This document shows positions 63,625 through 64,000 of a stretch of 64,000 nucleotides of DNA, one piece after another. Both the position numbers and the translations under genes were made by a program. This stretch comes from Epiperipatus broadwayi (Eukaryota; Animalia; Onychophora). The notes beneath the pieces are model-generated. The model was not told the origin of the DNA and searched no databases. It worked only from the letters and a program-made list of their open reading frames with translations. Location of the stretch: positions 22,320,001 to 22,384,000 of the forward strand of contig JAQFVV010000005.1 in NCBI GenBank assembly GCA_028023455.1. The letters are read 5' to 3'. Each line of letters starts with the position of its first letter. Position 1 is the first letter of the stretch.

Positions 63625-64000
63625 GTATCCCATTACAAATTGAATCCTTTTTATATCATTATATATATATATATAATTATAAGGAATTTGAACCCAGACT
63701 TTCAAGTTCTCTTCGGCTATCCAATCTATCTCATACAACCGATAGCCATGACCACACACATGTGTATAAGATAAATGATCTCCAATATACATATTTAATG
63801 CTGAACCAGCACTCATCACTTGGTCCAGAACATAATCTCCCACACATATATATAATCAGTGCTTGGTTTACATTAGGATAGCAAATCTTCAAACTTTAGT
63901 GGACAGGCTTCATTCTACTCCAACTCTTCAGCCATCCATACCATTGAAAGTGATGATAGAAGGCTGAAGAGTTGGAGGTGGAGTAGATTGAAGCCTGCCC
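63625..64000. repeat. Repeat family A copy folding back at a different point, truncated by the window end
   Basis: Colinear with 2495-2800; arms 63904-63933 and 63962-63997 around a 28-nt loop. Confidence 0.85.

Overview
Very AT-rich, CpG-poor eukaryotic (arthropod-like) genomic DNA. The whole window is the interior of one large + strand gene encoding a Dumpy-like multi-EGF extracellular protein. I can place 12 exons with good support between 165 and 59658 (10 complete EGF modules, one half-module and a 21-nt proline-rich micro-exon), plus one candidate 36-nt exon. All are phase 1-1 and a multiple of 3 long. The introns are filled with mobile DNA: an RTE LINE and RTE remnants, three Penelope-like (GIY-YIG) fragments, hammerhead-ribozyme motifs, three LTR retroelements on the minus strand, gag-like remnants, I/Nimb-like LINE 3' ends, a hAT MITE, tRNA-derived SINEs and many fold-back (palindromic) elements. 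The most unusual observations are: (1) a young, integrase-less Ty3/Gypsy element (41490-44733) with a clean 5-bp TSD, whose far end is an inverted copy of its LTR start; (2) two minimal hammerhead motifs that both carry a non-canonical 3-8 core pair (A3-U8 and G3-U8); (3) an EGF module split across exons, whose missing half may lie in a CpG-retaining, LTR-like segment with a Kozak ATG; (4) fold-back architecture recurring across unrelated element classes. No prokaryotic genes or CRISPR arrays were seen. All coordinates and alignments were read by eye; no database searches were run.
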